Positions 9,066 to 18,896 of a stretch of 64,000 bases of DNA are shown one piece after another. Source of the DNA: Rubripirellula sp. GTDB lineage: Bacteria > Planctomycetota > Planctomycetia > Pirellulales > Pirellulaceae. The DNA is taken from assembly GCA_965216875.1 (NCBI GenBank), contig OZ244207.1, positions 2,208,001 to 2,272,000 of the forward strand. The letters run 5' to 3'. A model generated the notes under the pieces. It worked only from the letters and a program-made list of their open reading frames with translations, made no database searches and had not been told where the DNA came from. The first letter of the stretch is position 1. Each line of letters starts with the position of its first letter. The position numbers were made by a program, and so were the translations under genes.

Positions 9066-11216
9066 GTGAAAATTCGACGTGCATTGTCGTTGGCTATCGC
9101 TGGAGCAATCACGATGGCGACACCAAGCTTTGCTCAAGACTCTGGAGACGAACAGGAAGTGAAATCCGAATCCGCAATGTTGCAACCTTGGACCGGCCCC
9201 TACGGCGGCGTTCCGCCGTGGAACCTCGTTCGAAGCGACGAATTTGTTGACGCCTTTGACACGGCCATCAAGGTTGCTAAAGACGAAGTCGATGCCATCG
9301 CAAACAATTCCGCCGCACCGACTTTCGAAAACACCATCATCGCATACGAAGACTCCGGTCGCGCGCTCGATCGTTTGCAAACGCTCTTCTTCGTGCATGC
9401 GTCAAACCTGAACGTTGGGCCAATCCCCGATATCGAGAAAGTGGTCGTGCCGAAGCTGTCCGAGTTTTCGGATAGCGTCTACCAGAACGAGAAACTGTTC
9501 CAACGCATCGCTGCAATCTATGAAAGCGACGCGATGAAGAACAAAGAGTTCGATCTGGCACAGCGTCGCCTCGTCGAAGATCTTTACAAGACCTTCCTGC
9601 GTCGCGGCGCCAAGCTCGACGCGGGCGACAAAGCACGTCTGTCACAAATCAACACGCGATTGGCGCGTCTGTTTACCGACTTCAGCCAGAACGTGCTCGA
9701 GGACGAAAAAGGTTACGTCACCTGGATTGACGATCAAGACAAGCTCGCGGGGTTGCCTGAAAGCGTTGTTTCGGCAATGGAAAGTGCAGCGTCCGAACGA
9801 GGCAACAAGGGTGGCAAATGGGCGATCACCAACACTCGATCGTCAATGGATCCGTTCTTGACTTACGCCGACAACCGGGCGCTTCGCGAAGTCGTTTGGC
9901 GCAATTATTACAACCGTGGTGACAACGGCGATGACCATGACAACAACAAAATCATTGCCGAAATCCTGAAGCTGCGAGCCGCTCGCGCCAAGCTATTAGG
10001 CTACGAGACCCATGCCCACTGGCGCATGGAGCCCACCATGGCCAAGAAGCCGGAAGCGGCGATGGAATTGATGGAGAAGGTGTGGCCCAAGGCAGTCGCC
10101 CGGGTACGTGAGGAAGTGGCCGACATGCAAAAGGTCGCTGACGACGAAGGCGCCGACATCACCATCAAGCCGTGGGACTACCGTTACTACGCCGAGAAGG
10201 TCCGCAAGGCAAAGTACGACCTCGACTTTTCGGAAGTCAAACCCTACATGCAGCTCGAGAAACTGCGAGAGGGAATGATGTGGGCTGCGGGCGAGCTTTA
10301 TGGCATGCAGTTCAAGCAGGTTTCAGGCCTGCCGGTGTTCCATCCCGACGTCCGTGTCTGGGAAGTCACCGACAAACAAGGCAATCACATCGGCCTTTGG
10401 TACCTCGACCCCTACGCTCGCGAAGGCAAACGTAGCGGCGCGTGGATGAACGCCTACCGTGGCCAGGAAGACTTGGGTGCGCCCATCACGCCGATCGTGT
10501 CGAACAATTCGAACTTCGTCAAAGGTGCCGAAGGCGAAGTCGTGCTGATTTCTTGGGATGACGCCGTCACGTTGTTCCACGAGTTCGGGCACGCACTTCA
10601 TGGACTCAACTCCAAGGTCAAGTATCCGTCACAGGCGGGAACGTCCGTCGCCCGCGACTATGTCGAGTTTCCGTCGCAGATCAACGAGCATTGGCTTGAA
10701 ACGCCCGAAATCCTAAACCGGTTTGCCGTGCACTTTGAAACGGGCAAACCGATGCCAAAGGAATTGCTCGAGAAGATTGATCGCGCACGCACGTTCAATC
10801 AAGGGTTTGCCACCGTCGAGTATCTGGCAAGCGCCCTGATTGACATGAAGCTGCATCTTGCCGGCGACGCCGACATCGATCCCGACAAGTTCGAACGCGA
10901 AACGCTCGCCGCTCTAGGCATGCCAGACGAATTGCCCATGCGTCACCGCACGCCGCAATTCATGCACATCTTCAGCAGCGATAGTTACTCGGCGGGCTAC
11001 TACAGCTACCTCTGGTCCGATGCCTTGACCGCAGATGCTGCCGAAGTCTTTGAAGAGGCGGGCAGCTACTACGATCCCGAGATTGCGAAGCGATTGCACG
11101 ACAGCGTCATGAGTGTCGGCGACACCATTGATCCGATGGATGGCTTCCGTCAGTTTCGCGGTCGCGATGTCGACACCGGCGCCCTGCTGCGCAAACGTGG
11201 TTTCCAGGTTGATTGA
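9066..11216 (+). CDS. dcp: M3 family metallopeptidase, peptidyl-dipeptidase Dcp-like, with signal peptide
   Basis: FHEFGHALH zinc motif, KRSGAWM, RDYVEFPSQINE, YSAGYYSYLW and N-terminal PTFENTI. Confidence 0.92.
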   Translation: MKIRRALSLAIAGAITMATPSFAQDSGDEQEVKSESAMLQPWTGPYGGVPPWNLVRSDEFVDAFDTAIKVAKDEVDAIANNSAAPTFENTIIAYEDSGRALDRLQTLFFVHASNLNVGPIPDIEKVVVPKLSEFSDSVYQNEKLFQRIAAIYESDAMKNKEFDLAQRRLVEDLYKTFLRRGAKLDAGDKARLSQINTRLARLFTDFSQNVLEDEKGYVTWIDDQDKLAGLPESVVSAMESAASERGNKGGKWAITNTRSSMDPFLTYADNRALREVVWRNYYNRGDNGDDHDNNKIIAEILKLRAARAKLLGYETHAHWRMEPTMAKKPEAAMELMEKVWPKAVARVREEVADMQKVADDEGADITIKPWDYRYYAEKVRKAKYDLDFSEVKPYMQLEKLREGMMWAAGELYGMQFKQVSGLPVFHPDVRVWEVTDKQGNHIGLWYLDPYAREGKRSGAWMNAYRGQEDLGAPITPIVSNNSNFVKGAEGEVVLISWDDAVTLFHEFGHALHGLNSKVKYPSQAGTSVARDYVEFPSQINEHWLETPEILNRFAVHFETGKPMPKELLEKIDRARTFNQGFATVEYLASALIDMKLHLAGDADIDPDKFERETLAALGMPDELPMRHRTPQFMHIFSSDSYSAGYYSYLWSDALTADAAEVFEEAGSYYDPEIAKRLHDSVMSVGDTIDPMDGFRQFRGRDVDTGALLRKRGFQVD

Positions 11217-12691
11217 TGAATGATTCGGCCAGCAACGCTGCTGGTAAACCGACCCATGCCAAGCAACTTGCCAACGCAATCCAACAGCGTTGGCAAGTGC
11301 TTGTCGTCGTCATCTGTCAGGCGACCACCGTTTGGCTCACCTGGCCGCTTTGGCAAGTAAGGGAGACGCCGCCCAACCTTCCAATCGCCGAGTCTCTTCC
11401 GAGTGTATCGATGGGCATTCCGATGCTCGTCACACTCGTGATCGCCATTCGTTGGCCACGAGTCGGCGCTGCGAGCCACTGGTTGGTTCTGGTGCTCGCC
11501 TGTGCGATGGACCAGTTCCGAGTGTCGCCACAATTCTTTGGGCTGGCGGTCCTTCTGTTGGCTGGCACTGGAAATCTCGGCCGCCGTTTCTGTCGGCTTC
11601 ACTTGGCGTCGATGTGGACTTGGGCCGGCCTACACAAACTCTTTTCAGTTGATTGGACAGGGCACGCAAGCTGGTCGCTTGTGAGTCGCACTGGTTTGGA
11701 CCCCGAAGGAATCCACCTGCAAGCTGCTTACGTGGTTGCTTTCACCGAGCTTGCACTGGGCCTGATGGCGTTGATAACGCCGCGCATCGCTTCATGGTTG
11801 TGCGTCGCCATTCACGGCGGCATCGTCCTCTTTCTTTCGCCGCTGGTTGCCGACATGAACCAAAGCGTGATCGCCTGGAACGTCGCCATCGTGGTCATCG
11901 GATTCTGGGTCTTGCAAAACTCCAAGTCAATCCTCAGTCGACCACAGCAAACGGGTGAGGGTGGCGAAGCGACGTCATGGCGCGAGTTTTCGCTACTCGC
12001 CTTGATGCTGACGCTACCACTGGGTTTCTACGGAGGCTGGGTCGATCGCTGTTTTTGTCACGTGCTCTACAGTGACAACCTTCCTCGGGGCATGATCTCG
12101 ACGAAAAGCGGCGCAAAACAGGTTCGCGGCTGGGGTGATCTCGAAGTCCCCTTTCCGAGCGAACGTCGCAACTACATCAGCTACTTTGCCCGAGTTGCAA
12201 ACGAAGGTGACAAGCTGCACGTGTACGACCCACGACCGTCACTGCCCGATCTCTTTTTTGAGTTCCGAAACAGTCAGGCTGTCGCGATCAGCGAAGATGA
12301 GTTTCTGATGTTCAACGACAAGGAGATTCTTGGCGTCGCATTGGACCGACGTCGATCCATTTTCGAGCTCACGCGTGCTGGTGCCACGCTTGTCCGCGAA
12401 GGCAAGCAGGCGATGGTCTATGCAGCGGTGATCGAACCAGACCGCTACGATCCCGAACTTCTCGACGCATTGAACGGGCTGAAAAACCTGACCCAAGTCG
12501 ATTTGTCGGGCACGAAAGTTACAGATGACGATTTGGCAAAGTTGGTCAACAACCGAATGCTACTGGGGATCGGATTGAACCACACTGACATCACCGATGC
12601 GGGTTTGCAGGCTCTCGACGACCTTCCCTACTTGAATTACGTCGAAGCTGAAGGAACGTCGATCAAGTCGCCACTTCGTAGCGTCGACTAA
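11216..12691 (+). CDS. DoxX/HTTM-like multi-pass membrane protein with C-terminal leucine-rich repeats
   Basis: About nine TM segments including WAGLHKL. C-terminal LTQVDLSGTKVTD / IGLNHTDITDAGL LRRs. The ATG overlaps the dcp stop (TGATG). Confidence 0.65.
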   Translation: MNDSASNAAGKPTHAKQLANAIQQRWQVLVVVICQATTVWLTWPLWQVRETPPNLPIAESLPSVSMGIPMLVTLVIAIRWPRVGAASHWLVLVLACAMDQFRVSPQFFGLAVLLLAGTGNLGRRFCRLHLASMWTWAGLHKLFSVDWTGHASWSLVSRTGLDPEGIHLQAAYVVAFTELALGLMALITPRIASWLCVAIHGGIVLFLSPLVADMNQSVIAWNVAIVVIGFWVLQNSKSILSRPQQTGEGGEATSWREFSLLALMLTLPLGFYGGWVDRCFCHVLYSDNLPRGMISTKSGAKQVRGWGDLEVPFPSERRNYISYFARVANEGDKLHVYDPRPSLPDLFFEFRNSQAVAISEDEFLMFNDKEILGVALDRRRSIFELTRAGATLVREGKQAMVYAAVIEPDRYDPELLDALNGLKNLTQVDLSGTKVTDDDLAKLVNNRMLLGIGLNHTDITDAGLQALDDLPYLNYVEAEGTSIKSPLRSVD

Positions 12692-13716
12692 ACGTGTTGA
12701 CTCAGCAAACTCGCGCCCGTGCCATGACCCTGTTCGGGAAATTGGCAGTCGCCACGAGTTACCCGCACGCCGGTCGCAATGTCTTCGGCCAAAAGTGCCG
12801 CACCATCCATATCGACATAGTCCAAAAGCGGAAGCAACTGTGCGATCGCCGAAATGCCTATCGTCGACTCAGTCATGCAGCCAACCATGACCTTGAGTCC
12901 GAGCGATCTTGCGTTTTCGATCATTCGACGAGCTGGAGTGAGGCCACCACACTTGACCAGTTTGATGTTCACGGCATCGAATCGTCCCGAACAACGCTCG
13001 ACGTCACCTTCCTGCTGACAGCTTTCGTCCGCAACGAGCGGCAGTTGCGATTCTTTTCGCAACCGTTCCATTTCACGCCACGACTCGGCTGGCAAGGGCT
13101 GCTCGATAAACTCGACACCAAGGCCTTTGAGTTCGATTGAATTGGCAATGGTTTCATCGGGTGTCCAACCACAATTGGCATCGACCCGAAACAGGGCGTC
13201 GGTGTGCTTGCGGAGTTGCCGAACGAGCTCCAAATCATGATCGGTGCCAAGCTTGATTTTGTAGATCGGCCATCCGGAAGCGGCGGCCAGCTTTTGGACC
13301 ATCTTTTCGACGCTGTCGATTCCAATCGTGTAATTGCTTTGTGGAACGCGCGTGCTATCTAGCCCCCAAAGCTCATACAGCGGCTTGCCTTGCAGTTTGC
13401 CCCAGAGATCGTTGACTGCTTGGTCGAGAGCACATTGAGCGAAACGGTTGCCGGCTAATTGTGGATCAAACCGCTGCCAGAGTTCGTCAGGGTTGTCACA
13501 TGCGGACGCGCTGAGTTCAGCCTCGATCGACTTGAGGGCTGCGGACATGCTTTCGATGGTTGCGCCGTAATAGGGATTCGTCGTCGCTTCGCCATAGCCA
13601 CGCTGGCCGTCCTGTTCCAGTTCGACAATCAGAGTCGGTTGGACATCCCTCGATTCACGTGAAATCGTGAACGTGTCCTTGAGTTGCAAGTCAAACGACC
13701 GAAGTGTCAGCTTCAT
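12688..13716 (-). CDS. Dipeptide epimerase / N-acetyl-D-Glu racemase (enolase superfamily, YkfB/YcjG/DgcA-like)
   Basis: FTISR, GYGEA, KIKLG, RVDANCGW, FIEQP, ADES, NIKLVKCGG, GCMTES and YVDMDG. Confidence 0.9.
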   Translation of the reverse strand: MKLTLRSFDLQLKDTFTISRESRDVQPTLIVELEQDGQRGYGEATTNPYYGATIESMSAALKSIEAELSASACDNPDELWQRFDPQLAGNRFAQCALDQAVNDLWGKLQGKPLYELWGLDSTRVPQSNYTIGIDSVEKMVQKLAAASGWPIYKIKLGTDHDLELVRQLRKHTDALFRVDANCGWTPDETIANSIELKGLGVEFIEQPLPAESWREMERLRKESQLPLVADESCQQEGDVERCSGRFDAVNIKLVKCGGLTPARRMIENARSLGLKVMVGCMTESTIGISAIAQLLPLLDYVDMDGAALLAEDIATGVRVTRGDCQFPEQGHGTGASLLSQHV

Positions 13717-13722
13717 CGTTCG

Positions 13723-14811
13723 CTACTCCTTCCAGGTACCTGCTGCATGAAACTCAACCACGGCATCCGCCAGTTTTGCTGGCCCATCGCGAATCACATC
13801 AACGACGGGCAAACCAAACAAATCGCCAACGCGTTTCCGCTCCGCTTCCGCCGCTGCGGCATCAAGCGTTCTCGAATTCATCGAAACGGCAATGAACTGG
13901 CTGGGGAATTGCACCTGGGCAATCGATTCAATCACCGCTTTGACCTGCTGGAGGGGAGGAAGCGGGACCTGTTCCATATGATTCACATTCTCGCGCCCAG
14001 CCTCGTAGCAGAGGATGAGTCCTTGAGGCATACAGCCGTGTAATAGCCCCGTAGTGACTGCGGAATAGCGTGGATGAACGACGCTGCCTTGGCCTTCAAC
14101 AACAATCACATCGTGGTGCTGGTTCTTCAGCACAAGCTCTTCCGCCGCTCCGTTGACAAAGTCAGAGACAACACAATCGATCGGGCAACCGTCGCCTTCG
14201 ATCATGATTCCGGTCTGGCCGGTCGCCACAAACTTTGCTGAAAGGTCGCGCCCATCGAGTTCACGTGCAAGCTCGAGCGACGTCACCATCTTTCCAACAT
14301 TGCAATCATTGCCGACGGTATGGACACGCAAACACTCGTCGCGAATGCCCTCTCGATTGGCAACGTTTCGGAAACGGTTCTTACGAACGTCAAAAAGCGT
14401 CCGCCCGGCCGCCTGCGCCGCCGACGCAAACTCTTCATCGTCGCTTAGGAATTGATGCAGTCCTGACGTCACGTTCATGCCCGAGGCGAGCGCTTCGAGA
14501 ATCGTCGTCCGCCACGCGTCGGGAATCCGTCCGCCTTGGGGCGCGATGCCAAGGACGAGTTCATTGGCGTCATTCGCCTCAGAGAGATTTCCAACAAACG
14601 GAATCCCCTTTCCGACACCAAGCACGGAGTGGCAATCGTTGCCAACCTGGGTCGAATCAAGGACAGCAACCACCTCGTCCCCTCGATATCGCATCACACT
14701 GCAGGCGGTCTTTGCCGTCAATGGATCGGAGTGCCCCTCGGTCAAAATGACCATGCGTCGTGCCATCTGCAATGCCTTTCTCGTTACGCGAACCGTGTGA
14801 CAAGCAGGCAT
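13723..14811 (-). CDS. DUF1611 domain protein (DgcN-like D-Glu N-acetyltransferase)
   Basis: AKTA, GIAPQGG, SGLH, VGNDCNVGKM, ATGQTG, D.VVSDF.NGA.E, VEGQGS and LLHG.P. The start may be the later MARRM. Confidence 0.88.
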   Translation of the reverse strand: MPACHTVRVTRKALQMARRMVILTEGHSDPLTAKTACSVMRYRGDEVVAVLDSTQVGNDCHSVLGVGKGIPFVGNLSEANDANELVLGIAPQGGRIPDAWRTTILEALASGMNVTSGLHQFLSDDEEFASAAQAAGRTLFDVRKNRFRNVANREGIRDECLRVHTVGNDCNVGKMVTSLELARELDGRDLSAKFVATGQTGIMIEGDGCPIDCVVSDFVNGAAEELVLKNQHHDVIVVEGQGSVVHPRYSAVTTGLLHGCMPQGLILCYEAGRENVNHMEQVPLPPLQQVKAVIESIAQVQFPSQFIAVSMNSRTLDAAAAEAERKRVGDLFGLPVVDVIRDGPAKLADAVVEFHAAGTWKE

Positions 14812-15393
14812 GTTAGGGGATTGCGCAGGGCATCTCTACCAGACACCCAGCGCACTGTGAAGAAGAATGGTTTGCCCGCAAAAAGCACAAGGAAACTCGA
14901 AAAATGCGCAGCGCAATGAACGATGACAAGTGTCAAGGATTCGCCTAGGCGGCCGCGCCCCGACTGAAAATGAAGTTGGCGCAGGAGCGCGAGGCATTAC
15001 GGCCAGCGTCTCACGAAGCGAGGCAACGAATGGTAGCATCGCTACGGCTTCCATTCACAGCATCACAATCGAGCTTGAACCGTGATTGTGACTCTTCGAT
15101 GATTCGCACCAATCCCCATCGAAACGCGGCAAGCCGCCAATTCGCCGCCCAACGCCGCTAAGGGCAAGTTAACGCGACTTCTGCGACCGATAAGGGACAC
15201 GAGAGCGACGTCACCGCACAAGCAAATTGCCCTGCGGGATCTCTTTCTAGAAAACGCTAATTCTACTAGAGTCGCGAGTACGCTTTGGTCTGAATAACAA
15301 ACCCGTCAGGTTTGCGGTAAAGAGGCAAGAGTCGCTCGCGACTGGTCGATACCGTTACTAAACAGGACGCAAACAGTCATCGACGATTGCGGA

Positions 15394-15597
15394 ATGGCAA
15401 TGGCGGAAACTCAAACCCACGACGAAGCCATGATCGAGACAACGGCTCAAACGTCACCGTGTGGCAATCGGCCCAGCGAGCCCTTGCCATGGTTGCTGAA
15501 GAACCTGCAAGAGAAGCAGCAGTCTCAATCGAATCAAACGCCGCGTTCCACGAACGCGACTTCTACGAATCAAGCTGATTCAACATCCACAACGTAG
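15394..15597 (+). CDS. Possible small protein (67 aa)
   Basis: ATG-initiated ORF in an otherwise empty ~0.8-kb gap. Its TAG stop is supplied by the GTAG of a REP. No recognisable family. Confidence 0.3.
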   Translation: MAMAETQTHDEAMIETTAQTSPCGNRPSEPLPWLLKNLQEKQQSQSNQTPRSTNATSTNQADSTSTT

Positions 15598-15754
15598 GGT
15601 GTGCTTGCACGCACCAGATCCCGTGACAGTGCCGGATCCGTGTCGCTGTCGCTCCTTGATCCGGCCTACAAACATCGTAGGGTGTGTGCTTGCACGCACC
15701 AAAACCCACAGCAATGCCGGATTTGCGTCGCTGTCGCTCCTTGATCCGGCCTAC
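15594..15754. repeat. BIME-like mosaic of REP families A and B (A-B-A-B)
   Basis: A 15594-15615 (one GT short), B 15630-15669, A 15677-15700, B 15715-15754. B is the reverse complement of GTAGGCCGGATCAAGGAGCGACAGCGAC…ATCCGGCA. Confidence 0.9.
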
Positions 15755-15757
15755 GAG

Positions 15758-16969
15758 CTACCCAACTTTCGCTGGCATTCGCTTTAGCCACATCCAGGCC
15801 GCGCCACCGAGCACTACTTCGACGGCCAGGAAAAGGACACGCGCGGCGATCGCGGCCAGGAGCGCGTGAGTCGCCCCCAGCGAAACGCCGAGGATGATTG
15901 CCAATACAAGTTCGCGGACGCCGGCCCCGCCGGGCAACAGCGATGCGAAACCGGCAACCATCGCCATCCCGATGGCTGCGGTAGCCGTCGCGTAAAGCTC
16001 AAAATCGCTTGGCAACGCATTACTGGTAGGGATCGCCAAGATCAAAGCGGTGAACGCGCCACCGATCAGCAGCCAAGCGAGCAGCGAATAGAACCAGCCG
16101 GCAAGAAAGACCGTCAGCGGTCGCAGTTGGGCGACCTGCTGTTGTGACTTGGCGACTTTGGCAGCGACCAGCTTCAAGATCGGTGGCGACGTCGGGATCG
16201 ATGCGCACAGTGCCATCATCAAGGCCATGGCAACAATCCAACTTGGAACAGGCAGCCAACAAACCACGACGCCCGCAACGGCCGCACCGACGGCCATCAT
16301 CAAGAATGTTTCGACGAAGACACTCACCGTCGCAGGCAGCACTTTCACGCCATCACGGGCCAATGCGGACGATCTCAGCACGACCACCATCGCTTTTCCA
16401 GGAACATATTTCCCCAGGTGACCAATGAGCTGGGCTGCGATCGCGGTCGACAGTCGAGGATTGCCTCCCAACGCCCGGCTCGCTTGGTGCAGCAAGAATC
16501 CCGGGGGGATCAGCGAGCAGCTGTAGCAGAAGAACGCAACGGCGATCCAATTCCAGCGCAAGTTGGACAGGCGTGGAATGGTTGCTTGAAGTTCTCGCTT
16601 CTCCGCTTCCAGAGCGCCCCGCTGGGAATCCGATTGTGCCTTCGCAATGGCCGCATCGAGATTGGCAATCTCTGACGTGAGCCTCTTTGTTTCCGTCTGC
16701 CAACCCTCCACTGCTGACCGCAAAGCGAGCACTAACCCTACGACCACGATGATTGCGATCAACCACTTGGCGACACGAATGATCACCTTTCGCCTGGGCA
16801 ACGTTGCTCTCGAAACCTCTTCATCCTTCTCGGACGAAGCCGATTCGCTCTGGTCGTTTTGGTTGTCGGAAGAATTCACGAAGACTCTCGAATCAACTTT
16901 CTGGCTTCTCCACTCGATCCTGTTCGCCCCACCGCTGGCACGCTGACTGCCGATGAACGAAAATCCCAC
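15758..16969 (-). CDS. Lysylphosphatidylglycerol synthase TM-region / flippase-like domain protein
   Basis: LGKYVPGK, ASLLPGGAGVRE and AIAARV, with many TM segments. Start uncertain. Confidence 0.8.
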   Translation of the reverse strand: MGFSFIGSQRASGGANRIEWRSQKVDSRVFVNSSDNQNDQSESASSEKDEEVSRATLPRRKVIIRVAKWLIAIIVVVGLVLALRSAVEGWQTETKRLTSEIANLDAAIAKAQSDSQRGALEAEKRELQATIPRLSNLRWNWIAVAFFCYSCSLIPPGFLLHQASRALGGNPRLSTAIAAQLIGHLGKYVPGKAMVVVLRSSALARDGVKVLPATVSVFVETFLMMAVGAAVAGVVVCWLPVPSWIVAMALMMALCASIPTSPPILKLVAAKVAKSQQQVAQLRPLTVFLAGWFYSLLAWLLIGGAFTALILAIPTSNALPSDFELYATATAAIGMAMVAGFASLLPGGAGVRELVLAIILGVSLGATHALLAAIAARVLFLAVEVVLGGAAWMWLKRMPAKVG

Positions 16970-17052
16970 GGTCGCTCATCACCGAGTCGGTCGTCGAATC
17001 GTCGATCAATCGTACTTGTCCTCTTTTTTTCAATCTTGATCTGAGCAAAGCA

Positions 17053-18714
17053 ATGGCAAATCGCCGTCGAAAACGCAAGTCCAGCGAATCGAAATCGGCA
17101 TCCGATGACGCGAGCTTGCCGAACGAGCAGGAAGGCTCGATCCAAGGGAACGAAGGGGAACGGCAGGATGAGGGCAGGGGATCCAAGCGGCGCAAACGCG
17201 ATCGCGCGGAAAAACACAATCCGCGATTGCAAGATGATAAGCCAAAGGAGCCGCTGTTCCCACGGCTCCCCTCGCTCTCGCGAGTGATGTCGGTCGTGAT
17301 GTTGATGATCGGGATTCTTGCGATCGGAGCCCTCTTCTATAAAGTCATGGCGGGCTTCTTCGTGCCATTGTTCCTGGCCACATTGTTGGTTGTCATTTTC
17401 CGACCCGTCCACCTCTGGATCTACGAAAAGGTGGGCCAGCGGCCTCGGGTTGCAGCGCTAACGACAACCACGTTAATCCTCATGATCGTGCTGTTGCCGA
17501 TCGGAGCTGTCCTTTCCGTGGCGACGACACAGTTCACCGCTTTGGTGAGCCACACGAACCTTTCAGACCTCAACAGAGCGATTGACCGAGCTCGAGACCA
17601 GCTTTCGATCTCGTTGCCGCACGCGGCGCAGTTCCGCCGTCTGGATGCCCTCAGCAATGCGATGGACGCCCCCGAGCAACCGGAACTCGTCCTGCAAAAT
17701 ATCCACGAAGCCGAAAAACTCGTCGCCTTTTTGCAAGAGCGAGTCGAAGGCCCAGCGATCGCCGAAGAACATGCCGAGATCGCCCTGCAACGACTAGGCG
17801 AATTTGACGAGGTCGTCTCGCAGCGAATTGCACACAACGAGTCGGACGACATGATCGAGAAGATCAACGCTCAAGAACGTTTCCACAGCCAAAGCGTCGT
17901 CGCGTCGGCCGCGATTCGACGCTGGATGCGGACGCTCTTGGGTGGCACGGTACGTAGCCAAGCCAAGTTGATCGCGAATCCAAGTGAAGCCGACTTTGCT
18001 GCTCTGCTGAAAAAGGGCCGCGAAGCGCTCCAACCTCGTTTCGTTGCCTTCACCAGCGCCACTGGCATGTATGTCGCCGGAGGTCTGGCGGGTCTGTTGA
18101 TTCTTGTCGTGGCCGTTTACTTCTTTCTGCTGGACGGCCCCAGCATGATCCGAACGCTAATGCGTCTAAGCCCCATGGATGACAACTACGAACGGCGGCT
18201 GTTGATGGAGTTTGATCGTACAAGTCGTGCCGTTGTGCTTGCGAGTGTGATCAGCGCTCTGGTGCAAGGCGTGCTCGCGGCGATCGCGTTCTGGTTCTTT
18301 GGTTTCCACAGCGTCATCTTGCTGTTTCTCCTCACCTCCATCATGGCACTCGTCCCCTTCCTCGGTGCCGCATCGGTCTGGGTACCGTGCGCACTCTGGC
18401 TCGGCGCCGTTGAACAACGCTGGACCGCAGCAATCATTTTGGCGATCTATGGCGCGACGATCGTTTCCTCGATCGATAACTTCATCAAAATGTACGTGTT
18501 GCACGGTCGATCGACGTTACATCCCCTGTTCGCGCTGCTAAGCGTTTTTGGTGGCGTCAAGGTCTTTGGTCCCATCGGAGTGTTGGTCGGCCCGATGGTC
18601 GTTGTCTTTCTGCAAACGCTGCTCGAGATTTTGAATCACGAGTTGATTTCGACCGATACCGACCGCGCTCAGGCCGAAAAGGCCGCCGAAGAAGCGGCCC
18701 AAGTCGAAACGTAG
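17053..18714 (+). CDS. AI-2E (PerM/UPF0118) family transporter with a soluble insertion
   Basis: YFFLLDG, ALVQG, ALVPFLGA..VWVP, IDNFIK, LHPL..LLSVFGG..FGPIG.LVGP. Confidence 0.9.
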   Translation: MANRRRKRKSSESKSASDDASLPNEQEGSIQGNEGERQDEGRGSKRRKRDRAEKHNPRLQDDKPKEPLFPRLPSLSRVMSVVMLMIGILAIGALFYKVMAGFFVPLFLATLLVVIFRPVHLWIYEKVGQRPRVAALTTTTLILMIVLLPIGAVLSVATTQFTALVSHTNLSDLNRAIDRARDQLSISLPHAAQFRRLDALSNAMDAPEQPELVLQNIHEAEKLVAFLQERVEGPAIAEEHAEIALQRLGEFDEVVSQRIAHNESDDMIEKINAQERFHSQSVVASAAIRRWMRTLLGGTVRSQAKLIANPSEADFAALLKKGREALQPRFVAFTSATGMYVAGGLAGLLILVVAVYFFLLDGPSMIRTLMRLSPMDDNYERRLLMEFDRTSRAVVLASVISALVQGVLAAIAFWFFGFHSVILLFLLTSIMALVPFLGAASVWVPCALWLGAVEQRWTAAIILAIYGATIVSSIDNFIKMYVLHGRSTLHPLFALLSVFGGVKVFGPIGVLVGPMVVVFLQTLLEILNHELISTDTDRAQAEKAAEEAAQVET

Positions 18715-18731
18715 CTTCCGGGCTTCAACAT

Positions 18732-18795
18732 TGTCGCCCTTTGCTCCGCAAAAGTTGTGTTCCTGGGCGCTACTTTCGCGGAGCGAAAGGCGACA
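18732..18795. repeat. REP-like family D inverted pair (GTCGCCTTTCGCTCCGCGAAAGT)
   Basis: tgtcgccctttgctccgcaaaagt … actttcgcggagcgaaaggcgaca. Single arms recur at 29298, 31141 and 58740. Confidence 0.85.
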
Positions 18796-18896
18796 TTAAG
18801 CAATCGAATTTCGATGCGTCCTTGCACGTGCCTTGGGGGAATGTCACGATTCATGGCCTCTATTCACTTCGATTCTTTACTGGGCAGGGATGAACC

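Noticed and set aside
15290..15395. c-di-GMP-I riboswitch or SRP RNA (GGACGCAAA and CCCGTCAGG words)
   Set aside because: The flanking elements (GGCAAA-stem-GAAA-stem; GGAAGGAAGCAGC) are absent.
15594..15754. Possible CRISPR array (regularly spaced repeats)
   Set aside because: The apparent spacers are themselves repeats (family B), there are only two periods, no cas genes are present, and the same units are dispersed elsewhere.
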